A stretch of DNA of 64,000 nucleotides from Escherichia phage FP43. The notes beneath the pieces were generated by a model. That model searched no databases, was not told the origin of the DNA, and saw only the letters and a program-made list of their open reading frames with translations. Where the stretch lies: sequence record MN648445; one strand, written 5' to 3'. Every line of letters starts with the position of its first letter. Position 1 is the stretch's first letter. Shown in pieces: positions 9,303-17,935 of the stretch. A program made the position numbers and the translations under genes.

Positions 9303-9496
9303 ACAAGCCCTATAATAGCAAAGGCCAAATCAACTACAGTATCCAATGGAACAGAAGGAACTATAATACCATGGGCAACTAACAATGGTGCAATCCCGAA
9401 GTTCCATGAAATAATGCCACCTACAACTATTGCAGCGATAGCAGTTTTCTTTTTATTGCCTTTAATAGCGTTGATTAACGATGGAAGTTTAAACAT
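9299..9496 (-). CDS. small membrane protein on opposite strand
   Basis: 65 aa, two TM-like segments; AAGGAG 7 nt upstream of ATG on minus strand; convergent with gene 61. Confidence 0.5.
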   Translation of the reverse strand: MFKLPSLINAIKGNKKKTAIAAIVVGGIISWNFGIAPLLVAHGIIVPSVPLDTVVDLAFAIIGLV

Positions 9497-9584
9497 AATA
9501 TCTCCTTAGTTACCTATTATTTATTACGCTTTATAAAATTAATGTTAGAATTAACTCTCTTATACTGAATTGAAAGGAAAAATA

Positions 9585-10106
9585 ATGGCACACTTTAACG
9601 AATGTTCACAACTTATTTCTGGTGTTGATAAAGCAGAAGAAGCTTATTTTAATGCTCTGATTCACGAAGATAAAGACCCACTGCAGGTAATGCTTGATAT
9701 GCAGAAATCTTTACAGGTTCGTCTGGCAAATGACAAGCCTGAACATAACAAACATCCTGATGAATTGGCTACTGCTGGTGATGTTGTTGATTGGCTGCGT
9801 AATCAGAAAGATTATATTGATGATGAATTCCGTGAACTGCTGACTTCACTTGGTGGTATGAGCAATGGTGAAAAAGCCGCTAGCAGTGTATGGAAGCCAT
9901 GGAAAGCACAACATGCTGAATATCGAAATCGTCGTATCGATGAACTGTCTCCTGAAGACCAGCTTGAAATTAAATTTGAAATGATTGATATTCTGCATTT
10001 CGTTCTGAACATGTTCCAAGGTCTTGGTCTTTCTGCTGAAGAAATCTTTAAACTTTACTACTTGAAAAACCAACACAACTTTGAACGTCAGGATAATGGT
10101 TACTAA
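9585..10106 (+). CDS. 56: gp56 dCTPase/dUTPase (MazG-like NTP pyrophosphatase)
   Basis: MAHFNEC N-terminus, EE-x-x-E MazG-like acidic motifs; ATG 9585 preferred over in-frame 9570. Confidence 0.8.
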   Translation: MAHFNECSQLISGVDKAEEAYFNALIHEDKDPLQVMLDMQKSLQVRLANDKPEHNKHPDELATAGDVVDWLRNQKDYIDDEFRELLTSLGGMSNGEKAASSVWKPWKAQHAEYRNRRIDELSPEDQLEIKFEMIDILHFVLNMFQGLGLSAEEIFKLYYLKNQHNFERQDNGY

Positions 10107-10112
10107 TTAAGT

Positions 10113-10120
10113 TATAAATA
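10113..10120 (+). promoter_or_regulatory. late promoter TATAAATA
   Basis: exact T4 late consensus about 30 nt upstream of soc ATG. Confidence 0.6.
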
Positions 10121-10151
10121 CACCTGTAATTAAACAACAAAGGAGTTAATT

Positions 10152-10388
10152 ATGGGTGGTTATGTAAACATCAAAACCTTTACGCATCCTGCTGGTGAAG
10201 GTAAAGAAGTTAAAGGTATGGAAGTTTCTGTGCCGTTTGAGATTTATTCAAACGAACATCGGATTGCAGATTCTCATTACCAAATCTTTCCATCAGAAAA
10301 GGCAGCTTATTCTACTGTAGTTTCTGATGCAGCTGACTGGAAAACTAAGAACGCTGCAATGTTTACCCCTACACCAGTAAGTGGTTAA
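10152..10388 (+). CDS. soc: Soc small outer capsid protein
   Basis: 78 aa; GYVNIKTF ... FPSEKAAYSTV matches recalled T4 Soc. Confidence 0.85.
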   Translation: MGGYVNIKTFTHPAGEGKEVKGMEVSVPFEIYSNEHRIADSHYQIFPSEKAAYSTVVSDAADWKTKNAAMFTPTPVSG

Positions 10389-10396
10389 ATAATTTA

Positions 10397-10421
10397 AGGA
10401 ATCCTTCGGGATTCCTTTTTT
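10397..10421 (+). terminator. rho-independent terminator
   Basis: AGGAATCC-TTCG-GGATTCCT hairpin followed by TTTTT. Confidence 0.75.
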
Positions 10422-10430
10422 GTTTCTACA

Positions 10431-10460
10431 GTTTACAACCACTAAAAACTGTGTTAAGAT
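10431..10460 (+). promoter_or_regulatory. early-type promoter
   Basis: GTTTACAACC then TGTTAAGAT about 17 nt downstream. Confidence 0.5.
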
Positions 10461-10488
10461 ATTCTTACTTACTCAAGAGGAGAACAAT

Positions 10489-10930
10489 ATGTTAAATCGT
10501 TGGATTAAACCTAATAACACATTAGGTGCTTTGATTGCTCAAGAAGTTTCGTTGAAATACGGTCTTGGATATTACGATGATGTAGTCGTACACTCATTCA
10601 TGATGGATGGTGAAGACGTCAAATTTAATGCCGAAATCCGTTGGGATGATGGTGGTGTTCGTTTTGTTCGAGGAACAATTAATGCTTACGATGCTGAAGA
10701 AGTTTTTTGCTGTTAAACCAGGCGAAGGTATGATGCCTATTCCTGATACACATGAAAAAAGTTGGGAATATATTGGTGACGGAATGATGGAAGAAGTTAT
10801 TCATCCAAAAACAAAACAGGTTAATGCTTCAAGCTCTTCAAGTTATAATCATTCATACGTATCGTCTTGGTCTGGTGATTCTGGTTCAAGTTATTCTGAT
10901 TGTAGTTCGGACTCAGGGAGTTGTGATTAA
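10489..10930 (+). pseudogene. single gene split into two frames at a T6 homopolymer (10703-10708); mrh-position gene
   Basis: ORF 10489-10716 and ORF 10709-10930 become one continuous 146-aa reading frame if the T run is 5 instead of 6. Confidence 0.5.
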
Positions 10931-11109
10931 TGAACAGAATAGTTAAATGGTTTAAAAGCTGGGACGATGGTGTCGGTCCAGAAGATTGGCTGGATGTTCT
11001 TGAAGAGAATATGGCTAAAGAATTCCAGAAACATGAAGAAAAGCTCGTCGAAGATGAAGGCGAACGTATTGTAAAACTTTATATGGGTGAACCATCGAGG
11101 AAATTATAA
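10930..11109 (+). CDS. small hypothetical protein
   Basis: 59-aa ORF with TAATG start overlap and TAATG overlap with the next gene. Confidence 0.4.
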   Translation: MNRIVKWFKSWDDGVGPEDWLDVLEENMAKEFQKHEEKLVEDEGERIVKLYMGEPSRKL

Positions 11110-11573
11110 TGGATGCTATGCTATTTAAAATGTATTTGCTTGAAGCCAAGTCATTTAAACATATACCAGTGGAAGATAAGACTCCACTAGAAATAGCTAT
11201 TCTCATTAACAAAAGTCTAAATAATCCGCAATATATCGTAGAAGAATTCTGCAAATTGCAGATTCCTAAAGGTTACAAAATTCGTGTAGAGCGAGTTGGA
11301 GCTATTACTCGTTCTAAAAATTCTCCGTTTAGTCTTGAAGAAGGCATAAAGGACTTAGGTTATGAATCCACGGAAAATGCTGTTTATGTGAATCCTGAAA
11401 AGCGTTTAGACTTGTTTGAAAAGCGAGACCATAAGTATTTTGCCAAAAAATACTTTATTACATCATTAGCAGATTTAGTCCATTTGCAACGAGCTATTTG
11501 GAAATTTTTTAAGACAAAAGGTGTAGCGCTAGAAACATTCTCTGAACCTGTTAGTTTTTATCTCGGTGAATAA
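11109..11573 (+). CDS. hypothetical protein
   Basis: 154-aa ORF. Confidence 0.6.
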   Translation: MDAMLFKMYLLEAKSFKHIPVEDKTPLEIAILINKSLNNPQYIVEEFCKLQIPKGYKIRVERVGAITRSKNSPFSLEEGIKDLGYESTENAVYVNPEKRLDLFEKRDHKYFAKKYFITSLADLVHLQRAIWKFFKTKGVALETFSEPVSFYLGE

Positions 11574-11754
11574 TATGGACCTTATGAGTATGTTTGACGA
11601 GCCTGAAGTTGAGGCTCCTAAAGTGCATCGTAGTGAACTTGTTGATGAACTAGATAGTATTATACAACGACACGGCTTTAGTTTACCTGTCGAAGCCCTG
11701 AAAGACCTTGCCTCTTATTATGACGACCCTCCACCATGGAGTCCTTGGAAATGA
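11566..11754 (+). CDS. hypothetical protein
   Basis: 62-aa acidic ORF overlapping the upstream stop. Confidence 0.45.
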   Translation: MNNMDLMSMFDEPEVEAPKVHRSELVDELDSIIQRHGFSLPVEALKDLASYYDDPPPWSPWK

Positions 11755-11914
11755 AAGATAAATTGAAAGAGAAATTCTTACTAGAAATCAAGGAAAAAGA
11801 CTTTGAGACATGGTATCGAATGGTGAAAGGGTTGACATTGCTTTTTAAAGCGTCCTTATTCATGTTAGAACAACCTGGCCCAGATGGTCCTTTAGTAGGA
11901 AAGCTTAAAAAGTA

Positions 11915-11943
11915 GTTTACATTCCCTCCTCTCGTGTTATGAT
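11915..11943 (+). promoter_or_regulatory. early-type promoter
   Basis: GTTTACATT and TATGAT 17 nt apart upstream of ORF 11971. Confidence 0.5.
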
Positions 11944-11970
11944 AGGCTTATCTTTAAATGGAGGTCTATC

Positions 11971-12552
11971 ATGACATGTCAATCTGAACTTCAAGAACGT
12001 GAATACCTAACAAATCTGATTGATAGCAAATTCACCCGCCAAGAACAAAACATTCTCTGGGCTTGCACCGATTCTAAGGAAGACCCGGATTTCCACTATG
12101 AATTAGACCATCTTGTTCGTAAGCATATGACTTCTACAGTACCAGTAGAACTCTACCGTGGTGTAACTCCAGAAGAAGTAGAACGTCTTTCTCTTCTTTC
12201 TGTTGGATGCCATTGGTCTCCTGGACGAGTAACATCGTTCACAACTGATTTCAGTACAGCTCGTCAATTCTCCGGGAGATGGGAATATCAGACGTACACT
12301 ATTCTTAGTCTCAGGAATGCTCCATTCATTTTTGATTACTACCAAAACATGGTTAACATTGTACTTGCCGGAAAGAATCCTAAGCATGTTATGGAAGAAA
12401 CGCGTGTTGATGTCCTAGATATGATTGAATCTGAACAAGAGTACATGGTCTCAGGTATCTCTAGATTTGAGATTGTGGAAATTGAAGACTTAGAATATGA
12501 CCCTTTATCTCGACTATACAAAATCATTCATTTAAAAATGTTGAATTTTTAG
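11971..12552 (+). CDS. modB: ModA/ModB-family ADP-ribosyltransferase (first of two paralogs)
   Basis: R (LYRGV), S-x-S-like (SFTTDFS) and E-x-E (ESEQEYM) motif order; paralogous to the next ORF; synteny soc..mod..srd..dda. Confidence 0.55.
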   Translation: MTCQSELQEREYLTNLIDSKFTRQEQNILWACTDSKEDPDFHYELDHLVRKHMTSTVPVELYRGVTPEEVERLSLLSVGCHWSPGRVTSFTTDFSTARQFSGRWEYQTYTILSLRNAPFIFDYYQNMVNIVLAGKNPKHVMEETRVDVLDMIESEQEYMVSGISRFEIVEIEDLEYDPLSRLYKIIHLKMLNF

Positions 12553-12581
12553 TGTACAAACTCTACCGACGATGATACTAT
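12553..12581 (+). promoter_or_regulatory. early-type promoter
   Basis: GTGTACAAA with -10-like GATACTAT. Confidence 0.45.
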
Positions 12582-12609
12582 ACCTTTATCAACCACAGGA
12601 GAAACCTAA

Positions 12610-13218
12610 ATGTTTATGCCGTATAATGAATGTGAAATTGAGGAAATGGTTCGCCGTGCTCAATGCCCTGAATATCAAGATGAATTGCAGTACGAAATTG
12701 ATAGTCAATTCAACGATAATGAACAAAGCATCCTTTGGCAGTGTATGGAAAACAAGCCAGACTGTATTCAACAGGAGTTAAGTTCAATCGTTCGTAGAAA
12801 TTGGACGTCTTCAGTTCCTGAGACAATGTATCGTGGAATCTCTAAGAAAACTATGGCCACACTCGACGATAAAGATGTTGGTAGTATTATTAAATTTGAT
12901 AGAGTAATGAGCTTTAGTCCAGTGTTCGGTGTAGCACGTAACTTCGCTTCATATAATTTTTATGGAACATTTAATATGTTCTGCATCAAAGATGCACCAT
13001 TTGCTTTCAACTTCCGTGAACATATGCTTAACATGATTCTGGCTGCGCCATCTTGTGAGTTCAATGGAGCTTTCCCTGAAGCGACAAGACGGTCTAATGC
13101 TAGACTTATATCTGACGAATGCGAATTTATGCTCCCTATAGGGACTACACTGCGTGTAGATTCTATTATTCAAGATGGACGTTATACAATCTGGAATCTG
13201 TCTATTGTCGGTTACTGA
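12610..13218 (+). CDS. modA: ModA/ModB-family ADP-ribosyltransferase (second paralog)
   Basis: shares ILW-x-C, MYRGIS, SFSP and ECEFM motifs with the preceding ORF. Confidence 0.55.
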   Translation: MFMPYNECEIEEMVRRAQCPEYQDELQYEIDSQFNDNEQSILWQCMENKPDCIQQELSSIVRRNWTSSVPETMYRGISKKTMATLDDKDVGSIIKFDRVMSFSPVFGVARNFASYNFYGTFNMFCIKDAPFAFNFREHMLNMILAAPSCEFNGAFPEATRRSNARLISDECEFMLPIGTTLRVDSIIQDGRYTIWNLSIVGY

Positions 13219-13292
13219 CTGGATTGGAATAACCGGATGGAACTCAGAACCATTATAACACATAAAAAATTAAAGCATTTTATGAAAAAAGA

Positions 13293-13321
13293 GTGTACAC
13301 TACCTGAGGGCATGATATTAT
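13293..13321 (+). promoter_or_regulatory. early-type promoter
   Basis: GTGTACAC and GATATTATAGACCTATCA cassette. Confidence 0.5.
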
Positions 13322-13370
13322 AGACCTATCAGCTAAATGACCTAACGTCCGTAAGACAGAGGAAAATATT

Positions 13371-14117
13371 ATGTTATCAAATAATAAAATTAACAAAATA
13401 AATCGTCGTCTTGACCACACCAGAGCTTCTGCGAAGAGACGCTCTAAGGATTTTAACTTAGACTTTAATTACCTTAAAAACATTCTTGATCAAAAGGTCT
13501 GCGCTTACTCAGGTGAATCTTTCAATAACTCTGTTGAAGGTGAGAAATTATCCTTAGAACGTTTTAATAACGATATCGGCTACATTAAAGGTAATGTTAT
13601 CCCAGTTAAGAAAAAATATAACACGGCTCGTTCTGATTTAACATTAGAAGAACTTATTGAGAAACGTGATGCCATTGCAAGGCGTATCGCTAATCCTTCT
13701 GCCCGTAAAGTAGAGAAACTTAATCTCGACGAGAAGAAATGGGCCCAAATTAAAAAGGTTTATGGTACTATTTTAAAAATCCGAGCAAAACGTGAAAATC
13801 GTGTTAAGCATATGGCGAACATGATGAAAAATCAACCTTTATCTAACGAATCTAAACTTAGAATTGTTGCTTTGAAAGCACGCATTAATGGCTCACATCA
13901 AGCAGAAGGCCATGAACTTACTAAACTCAACGTTCTTCTTAAAGGCTCTGACTGGAAAACTAAAACTAAATTAACTGACGCTGAATCGCTTTTCGATACA
14001 TATGATAAAGTTATCCAAGGTCTGCGACGTTTTGAAAAGATTGGTTTCATTGGTAAATTAAAATTGAAACGTGGCTTACCACTTAGCGCATCATTATTCC
14101 AACTGATTAAAGGTTAA
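13371..14117 (+). CDS. srd: Srd-position protein with degenerate HNH-like N-terminal motif
   Basis: 248 aa, very basic; CAYSGESF ... LSLERFNNDIGYIKGNVIPV resembles an HNH finger with catalytic residues replaced; sits before dda.1/dda as srd does in T4. Confidence 0.45.
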   Translation: MLSNNKINKINRRLDHTRASAKRRSKDFNLDFNYLKNILDQKVCAYSGESFNNSVEGEKLSLERFNNDIGYIKGNVIPVKKKYNTARSDLTLEELIEKRDAIARRIANPSARKVEKLNLDEKKWAQIKKVYGTILKIRAKRENRVKHMANMMKNQPLSNESKLRIVALKARINGSHQAEGHELTKLNVLLKGSDWKTKTKLTDAESLFDTYDKVIQGLRRFEKIGFIGKLKLKRGLPLSASLFQLIKG

Positions 14118-14119
14118 TT

Positions 14120-14431
14120 ATGGTTTATGTATATGCAATAGTTTATCGAGATATGGAAGGATTTACTGTCCCGGTTCCACTTGATGAGCATCGTCCTGCA
14201 GTATTTTTTAGAAAGGATATTGCAGATAAAGTTTTCGATACTTTGAAAACACAGTATAAAACAGATTTAAAAATGGGAGTTCTAAGAATGGTCGAAACTC
14301 CGCGTAAGTTCTGGTTTAATAAGCTTGAAATGAAACACGTTAAACTAGATGCGGAGACGCAAAGATTGTATCAACGAATTCTGGACACAGGCCGTATTGT
14401 TAGTATTCCAATTGCAGGGACTTTACGATGA
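14120..14431 (+). CDS. Dda.1-like protein
   Basis: 103-aa ORF immediately upstream of, and overlapping, dda. Confidence 0.55.
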   Translation: MVYVYAIVYRDMEGFTVPVPLDEHRPAVFFRKDIADKVFDTLKTQYKTDLKMGVLRMVETPRKFWFNKLEMKHVKLDAETQRLYQRILDTGRIVSIPIAGTLR

Positions 14432-15741
14432 CATTTGATGATTTGACTGAAGGCCAGAAAAACGCCTTCAACGTTGTTATGAACGCTATTAAAGAAAAGA
14501 AACATCACGTAACTATTAATGGGCCTGCTGGTACAGGTAAAACAACCCTTACTAGATTCATCGTTGAAGCCCTTATTTCTTCTGGAGAATCAGGTATTAT
14601 TTTAGCAGCCCCTACACATGCTGCTAAAAAGGTTCTAAGCAAACTTGCAGGTCAAGAAGCATCGACTATTCATAGCATTCTTAAAATCAACCCAACTACA
14701 TACGAAGAAAACGTATTATTTGAACAGAAAAAGGTTCCCGACTTAGCCTTGTGTCGTGTACTGTTATTTGATGAAGCGTCAATGTGTGACCGTTCTCTGT
14801 TTAAAATAATGTTAGCTAGTATCCCTAAATGGTGCACAGTAATTGGAATCGGCGACCGATGCCAGATTCGTCCGGTAGACCCAGGCGAATCAACGGCGTA
14901 TCTAAGTCCTTTCTTCACTCACAAAGACTTCGTGCAATGCAACCTTACAGAAGTTAAACGTAGCAATGCACCAATTATTGATGTTGCGACTGATATTCGT
15001 AATGGCAAATGGATTTATGATAAAGTAGTTGATGGGCACGGTGTTCATGGATATACAGACCTTAAATCATATATGATGAACTATTTTAATGTCGTTAAAA
15101 CTCCTGAAGACCTTTTCGAAAATCGAATGATGGCATTCACAAATAAGTCAGTAGATAAGTTGAATTCAATTATTCGCCGAAAACTTCTCGAAACAGAAAA
15201 GCCATTTATTAAAGATGAAGTCATTGTTCTACAAGAGCCGTTTACCAAGACGTATAAGCTAGATGGCAAAAATATGTCTGAAATGCTTTTCAATAACGGG
15301 CAATTCGTTCGTATTCGAGATGCTGTAGAAACGTCTACATTCGTTAAAGCACGTGGTGTTTCGGGCGAATATATGATACGATACTGGAATCTTACAGTAG
15401 AAACATATGGGGATGATGAAGAATACATCCGCGAAGATATAAAGGTTATTTCTTCTGAAGAAGAGCTTTATAAATTCAATTTGTTTTTGGCTAAGACTGC
15501 AGAAACATACAAATTCTGGAATAAAGGTGGTAAAGCTCCATGGAGCGAATTCTGGGATGCTAAACGTATGTTCACTAAGGTGAAGGCACTACCAGTATCA
15601 ACCTTCCATAAGGCCCAGGGTATGTCTGTTGACACGGCCTTTGTTTATACACCGTGTATCCATTATGCTGATTCAGAATTAGCTAAACAGTTATTGTATG
15701 TCGGCACAACTCGTGGTCGTTTTGACGTCCATTTTATTTGA
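14428..15741 (+). CDS. dda: Dda DNA helicase (SF1B)
   Basis: 437 aa; Walker A GPAGTGKTT; close match to recalled T4 Dda. Confidence 0.92.
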   Translation: MTFDDLTEGQKNAFNVVMNAIKEKKHHVTINGPAGTGKTTLTRFIVEALISSGESGIILAAPTHAAKKVLSKLAGQEASTIHSILKINPTTYEENVLFEQKKVPDLALCRVLLFDEASMCDRSLFKIMLASIPKWCTVIGIGDRCQIRPVDPGESTAYLSPFFTHKDFVQCNLTEVKRSNAPIIDVATDIRNGKWIYDKVVDGHGVHGYTDLKSYMMNYFNVVKTPEDLFENRMMAFTNKSVDKLNSIIRRKLLETEKPFIKDEVIVLQEPFTKTYKLDGKNMSEMLFNNGQFVRIRDAVETSTFVKARGVSGEYMIRYWNLTVETYGDDEEYIREDIKVISSEEELYKFNLFLAKTAETYKFWNKGGKAPWSEFWDAKRMFTKVKALPVSTFHKAQGMSVDTAFVYTPCIHYADSELAKQLLYVGTTRGRFDVHFI

Positions 15742-15750
15742 GAGAAAATT

Positions 15751-16428
15751 ATGAGCACTGATGTTATTATAGATTTTGAAACATTCGGCAATACGTCAAA
15801 AGCTGCTGTTATTGACCTTGCGGTTATTGCATATAATTCGGACCCTGAAATTGTTGAATCATTCGAAGAACTTGTTCAACGAGGTAAGCGAATTAAATTT
15901 AATTTAGCTTCTCAGAAAGGGAAGCGAGTTTTCGCTAAATCCACTATGAAATGGTGGAAAGAACAATCAGCAGAAGCACGTAAAAACCTGGCCCCGTCTG
16001 AAGACGATGTCACTACGCTTGAAGGCGTTAAAATCTTTTTAGATTATTGTCGAGCTAATAAAGTTGACCAATGGAAATCACAGATGTGGTGCCGTGGTAT
16101 GAGCTTTGACTTCCCGATATTGGTCGATTTGATTCGTGACCTCTATCGTGATGAAGGTGTTCTTGAACCAGATATTGATACCGATAAATTAGAACCGGTT
16201 AAATTCTGGGCTCAACGCGATATTCGTACGGCAATCGAAGCTTACTCGTTGACACGAGGATTAAGTATGTGTCCATTACCGATGGGTACGCTAAAAGGAT
16301 TCGTTGCCCATGATAGTATTCACGATTGTGCTAAAGATATTTTGATGTTAAAATATGCTCAGCGTTATGCGCTTGGCCTTGAAGATGTCCCTGAGAATCC
16401 TGACCCGTTAAGTGTAAAACAGCGATAA
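15751..16428 (+). CDS. dexA: DexA exonuclease A (DEDD family)
   Basis: 225 aa; N-terminal DFETFG exonuclease motif; synteny after dda. Confidence 0.85.
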   Translation: MSTDVIIDFETFGNTSKAAVIDLAVIAYNSDPEIVESFEELVQRGKRIKFNLASQKGKRVFAKSTMKWWKEQSAEARKNLAPSEDDVTTLEGVKIFLDYCRANKVDQWKSQMWCRGMSFDFPILVDLIRDLYRDEGVLEPDIDTDKLEPVKFWAQRDIRTAIEAYSLTRGLSMCPLPMGTLKGFVAHDSIHDCAKDILMLKYAQRYALGLEDVPENPDPLSVKQR

Positions 16429-16433
16429 AAACA

Positions 16434-16463
16434 GTTTACAACCAAGGATGGTTGGAGTATAAT
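16434..16463 (+). promoter_or_regulatory. early-type promoter cassette with 5-bp stem (CAACC/GGTTG)
   Basis: GTTTACAACCAAGGATGGTTGGAGTATAAT; same cassette as at 16990 and 63887 with compensatory stem changes. Confidence 0.6.
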
Positions 16464-16493
16464 CTTTCTATCTTAACCAAACAGGAAAACATT

Positions 16494-16988
16494 ATGAATA
16501 TCAATACCACGGCTACTTACATCCTGAAAGATGAAAAACAAATCAACTGGTACGGTGCTTCAGTGCGAGCTTATGAAAAGTTTTGTGAAATTTTAGGTGC
16601 CACTCAAGGTAATAGTTTCACTATTGTTAACTTCATCAAACAAGTTGAAGGCCCTTGGTTATTCTTAGAAATTAAAAATTCATATGGTACAATTTCTACT
16701 ACCGCCCTTCCAAGCACCGACTTTGAACTGTTGATTGAAGAAGTAGAACCCGTTAAAGATATCTGTATTGATATGGATATCGCTTGTATGTACGGTACTC
16801 TGATTAAGCCTATTGAGCCTACTGATTTGTTGTGTAAATATGTTTCAATTCGACGTCCGTTCGCAGGTCCAGTAAATGGATGGGTAACTGACCAATGGAT
16901 TGAAGACGGTGTTGAACTTCTGAACGTTGTTCATGCAGGTGATTTTAGTGTAGTTCCACGTAGTGCTGTGGTTAATATCCTTAATTAA
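16494..16988 (+). CDS. hypothetical protein, member 1 of a tandem paralog triplet
   Basis: C-terminal W(V/I)EDG-x-(K/E)L-x-N(I/V)V-x-(A/L)G-x-F-x-VVP motif shared with the next two ORFs; ATG 16494 preferred over TTG 16452. Confidence 0.6.
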   Translation: MNINTTATYILKDEKQINWYGASVRAYEKFCEILGATQGNSFTIVNFIKQVEGPWLFLEIKNSYGTISTTALPSTDFELLIEEVEPVKDICIDMDIACMYGTLIKPIEPTDLLCKYVSIRRPFAGPVNGWVTDQWIEDGVELLNVVHAGDFSVVPRSAVVNILN

Positions 16989-16989
16989 T

Positions 16990-17020
16990 GTTGTACATCC
17001 AAGGACGGATGGAGTATAAT
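16990..17020 (+). promoter_or_regulatory. early-type promoter cassette with 5-bp stem (CATCC/GGATG)
   Basis: GTTGTACATCCAAGGACGGATGGAGTATAAT. Confidence 0.6.
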
Positions 17021-17050
17021 GAATTCAATTTAAACAAAGAGAGAGAAATT

Positions 17051-17506
17051 ATGATTACTATTGGTGAAATTAAGCGTGTATCGTCTGCATCTCGTTCTAA
17101 AGCTGCAGGTCGTCTAGTTGAAGTGGTAGGACTTCGTACTAATGGTACTGGACGTGTTAAAGAAGTTAAAGTTCGAATCATTCCTAGTTCTGGAAAAACT
17201 GAAACTCAGTACGCTTACGTAAGTCCTAAATTCTTGGAAACTCATGTGAGCGCTCATTTTGCTTCTACTGAACCTAATGTACAGTTCAAATGGGCCCTTT
17301 GCAAAGGCGTTGAATTCCGGACTGATAAAGAATTTGATTTCATCGACGAATATGGTTATCCAAACAAAACTGATATTATGTGCGGCTTCATCAGTGACCA
17401 ATGGGTTGAAGATGGTGAAAAGTTATACAATATCGTATTCTTAGGTGACTTCCGAGTTGTTAAAGAATCTGAAATCACTCGCTATGTGTCTCCTCGTAAA
17501 GCTTAA
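17051..17506 (+). CDS. hypothetical protein, paralog 2 of triplet
   Basis: N-terminal SASRSKAAGRLVEV and C-terminal DQWVEDGEKLYNIVFLGDFRVV shared with paralog 3. Confidence 0.65.
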   Translation: MITIGEIKRVSSASRSKAAGRLVEVVGLRTNGTGRVKEVKVRIIPSSGKTETQYAYVSPKFLETHVSAHFASTEPNVQFKWALCKGVEFRTDKEFDFIDEYGYPNKTDIMCGFISDQWVEDGEKLYNIVFLGDFRVVKESEITRYVSPRKA

Positions 17507-17515
17507 GGAATTATT

Positions 17516-17935
17516 ATGAATATTGTAAATCTCTCTACAGGTGATTACGTATATGTATCTGTTGCTTCTCGCTCTAAAGTTGCCGGGAAGTTGGTTGAAG
17601 TTCTTTCTGTGAGTGATCCGGTTTTTGGTCGTAACCAAGTTAAAGTTCGTGATGCTAATGGTAATATTGGCTACGTCTCAAGCCAGTTCATTGAGCCAGA
17701 AGAAAAAGCGTTCAAATGGGGACTATGCAGATCAGTTTCTGTTGAAAAAGACCATGAATTCACTATTGCTGCGGCAACTGATGGAACGCCATGGAAAACT
17801 AAGCAAATCGCCGGATTTATTAGCGACCGTTGGGTAGAAGATGGTGTTAAGCTTTATAACATCGTTTTCGCTGGTCAGTTCATGGTAGTTCCTGAATTCC
17901 AAATTAAAAAATATAGCCCAGCTGCTTTCGCATAA
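17516..17935 (+). CDS. hypothetical protein, paralog 3 of triplet
   Basis: SVASRSKVAGKLVEV and DRWVEDGVKLYNIVFAGQFMVVP. Confidence 0.65.
   Translation: MNIVNLSTGDYVYVSVASRSKVAGKLVEVLSVSDPVFGRNQVKVRDANGNIGYVSSQFIEPEEKAFKWGLCRSVSVEKDHEFTIAAATDGTPWKTKQIAGFISDRWVEDGVKLYNIVFAGQFMVVPEFQIKKYSPAAFA

Noticed and set aside
16452-17050. N-terminal extensions of ORFs 16452 and 16988 as given in the six-frame track
   Set aside because: The extensions start at TTG/ATG codons lying inside the promoter stem-loop cassettes; internal ATGs at 16494 and 17051 have RBS-like purine tracts and give proteins that align with their paralogs
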